Source: Lingula anatina
Taxonomy: Eukaryota > Animalia > Brachiopoda
Assembly: GCA_051362555.1 (NCBI GenBank)
Contig: CM120640.1
Span: 3,844,001 to 3,908,000 of the forward strand
Direction: 5' to 3'
DNA length: 64,000 bases
How positions within the stretch are numbered: the first letter of the stretch is position 1; each line of letters begins with the position of its first letter. Shown one piece after another: positions 61,962 to 64,000 of this stretch. The position numbers were made by a program, and so were the translations under genes. The notes beneath the pieces were generated by a model, which searched no databases, had not been told where the DNA came from, and saw only the letters and a list, made by a program, of their open reading frames with translations.

Positions 61962-62959
61962 GTTGTATTAGGTGTGACAATGTGCTAAGGAATGCAATGC
62001 ACTACTTGTGGAACTGGGATAGATGTGACAATTGTTCTGTGGGGTTACTTGTATTTGTCATTGTGTGCCAGCCAGCTACTTGTAGACCATACAGCAATAC
62101 ACAGCTGTTGCAGCTAAGTGTGCATAGTAAAACTCATTTTGATTAGTGAAAACTCATTTGGCTGTTTCCTGCAAAGCAAAGAAAGGTAAAATTAGTATGA
62201 AACAATGTTTTTCAAAAGTTTTAATTCAATCTTAAAATTGTCTAGGTACTGTGGTAAGTTTTTAGATTGGAAGTAGAACTGAATGCCTTTCATACAATTT
62301 TTTCTTAAATATGTCCAAATTAACGTTAAATTTTTAATGAAAATTTTTGGTTATACAATGGTTATCGCCTATAAAATCCACTCAATGTTGCAGCAAAAAG
62401 TAATAATATCATGACATACATACACACATGCAAGAGTAAAATAGATTAATGTGGTGTGTGTAAAACACCTTTTTAAAAATCTGTTTCTTACAATAAAATC
62501 AATTACAAGTTTGCTTTGGGGCAGATACTGAGTACGGTTATTATACAGTACGTGTGTATTAAAAATACCTTTACGGTCTGAAGCAGTTGCAAAACCTGAA
62601 TTATTAAAAACTTGACCAACATCACTTTCTCAATACTGCCATGTATAAAAGAGAGAACGAGCTCCTTGTATTACCCATGATCATCAAATCACAAGTCAAT
62701 ACCAAAGAACATTTATCGATCGTTGACAGTTATTTCTTTGTAACGCAACTGCTCCCTTACTCATGTTACTATTCTTCTTTATCAGAATTTTCAATGATTT
62801 GTAAATGGCAAACTCATGTTCGGATGTCTATATGGCAAAATACCAGTTACTTACATTTAAAGTTTCAGTGATACATGCGGCAACTGAGCTAGCTGGTACA
62901 AACAACTCAGACAAGCCTCCAAAGCACACCTGTGTAAACTGTCATGGCTGCCGTAGATA

Positions 62960-63247
62960 TGACGTCAGACATCAACAAAGGAGCGCCCTCTCCAGGGAAT
63001 AAGTATCTGCGCATGCGTTCCTTTTAAGAAGCCTTCTTAGGATACAAGATAGGCCAACAGTTTGTTTTGAATGAATCGAACTATTCTAGTGACATATTTA
63101 GTGGATAATCACCTACGATATATTCGCTAAGAAGCAGATGTGTAAAGTGAGATCTTATTTCTTTAGGAGACTTACACAGTAGTATGTCTTGAAAGACTTT
63201 CTTAGAGACATCTGGTGGCTGTCGCTTAGCAACTATTGACATAAACA
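62960..63247. promoter_or_regulatory. Putative bidirectional promoter between PDZD7 (-) and RSPH3 (+)
   Basis: CRE TGACGTCA at 62960-62967, NRF1-like TGCGCATGCG at 63008-63017, X-box-like GTCGCTTAGCAAC at 63221-63233 and forkhead-like ATAAACA at 63241-63247. The region lies between divergent start codons at 61961 and 63595. Confidence 0.65.
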
Positions 63248-63594
63248 GGTCAATCAAAGTTGTTTTGTATCCGCTCATAAAATAGTCCTCACTTGCACAA
63301 AATATTATAGAATTGAATGATAGATGTCATTTTCAACCAGTAGCATCGTTAATTATTGCATATTATACAATTTTTTGTATAACATTTACGATCATAAAGC
63401 ATAGAAAATATAGCATTCAAGATATAATTCTTATGTATTCATCCTCAAAGTGAGGCGTCCAATTGATGCTGTGTTGATTAGTGTTTTGGTCGTCCATTCC
63501 ACATTGCTAAAAGGAGAGAGTTGCTGATTGAAGGGGTTTTAGTTGATATCTCTCGCACAGAAGGACATTGTTTTGGTGATAAAAATCTGGGAAG

Positions 63595-63695
63595 ATGACT
63601 ACATTATTACCTCAAAAGACTGAAGGGACATACACCTTTGCTAGTCAACCAAGAGCTGTACAACAGAGACGAAAGTACAGAGAAACAGAACAGCA
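63595..63695 (+). CDS. RSPH3: First coding exon of radial spoke head protein 3 homologue (3'-partial)
   Basis: The exon has acceptor cacag at 63560, ATG at 63595 and donor gtaagt at 63696. It translates to MTTLLPQKTEGTYTFASQPRAVQQRRKYRETEQ, resembling the recalled RSPH3 N-terminal motif (TYTY/FxSxPRA...R.KYR). Only 33 codons are visible. Confidence 0.72.
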
Positions 63696-64000
63696 GTAAG
63701 TATTGCTATGATTATAATAAAAAATATGTAGATCCATGATATTATTTATCGACATTATATGGACGTTGTAAAGAAGATCAATATATTTATCATCGTCCAT
63801 TTTGAACAAGAAAGTACAAGTGTCTTGATCAAGATTTACAGAGGGTCTCGTATTATAATTAATTACAGAAAAAGTCTTTAATTATAGAATCGGCATCAGT
63901 GTACGCTCTTCTTAAGATTGATATATTACAAAATAACATTGGCAATACAGTCTGCCAGTCTCCCTAAACAAAACTGATTTTCAGTCAGCCACTTGATTAC

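Overview
This is an AT-rich, intron-dense animal genomic window, most likely lophotrochozoan/mollusc judging from its repeat types. No prokaryotic features are present, and the ORF track mostly shows exon fragments. 1-41.7 kb (+): the 3' part of a giant single-pass membrane protein gene. I count about 93 symmetric phase-1 exons, nearly all encoding exactly one 6-Cys EB-like module. These are followed by a Trp-rich juxtamembrane exon, a Cys-rich TM exon and a single-exon ~318-aa cytoplasmic tail with seven RRxS (PKA-consensus) sites and a Tyr-rich end; more than 4,000 aa lie in the window and the N-terminus is outside it. Downstream are a 3-exon GPI-anchored Ly6/three-finger gene (+), SPATA24 (+), a PDZD7 orthologue with an extra N-terminal harmonin-homology domain (-), and the first coding exon of RSPH3 (+). 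PDZD7 and RSPH3 share a head-to-head promoter carrying CRE, NRF1, RFX X-box and forkhead motifs. Introns carry several non-autonomous transposons (Helitron-like, Kolobok/T2-like, piggyBac-like, foldback MITEs) and repeated tandem duplications of splice sites. Gene identities rest on recalled similarity to known proteins, not on a database search.
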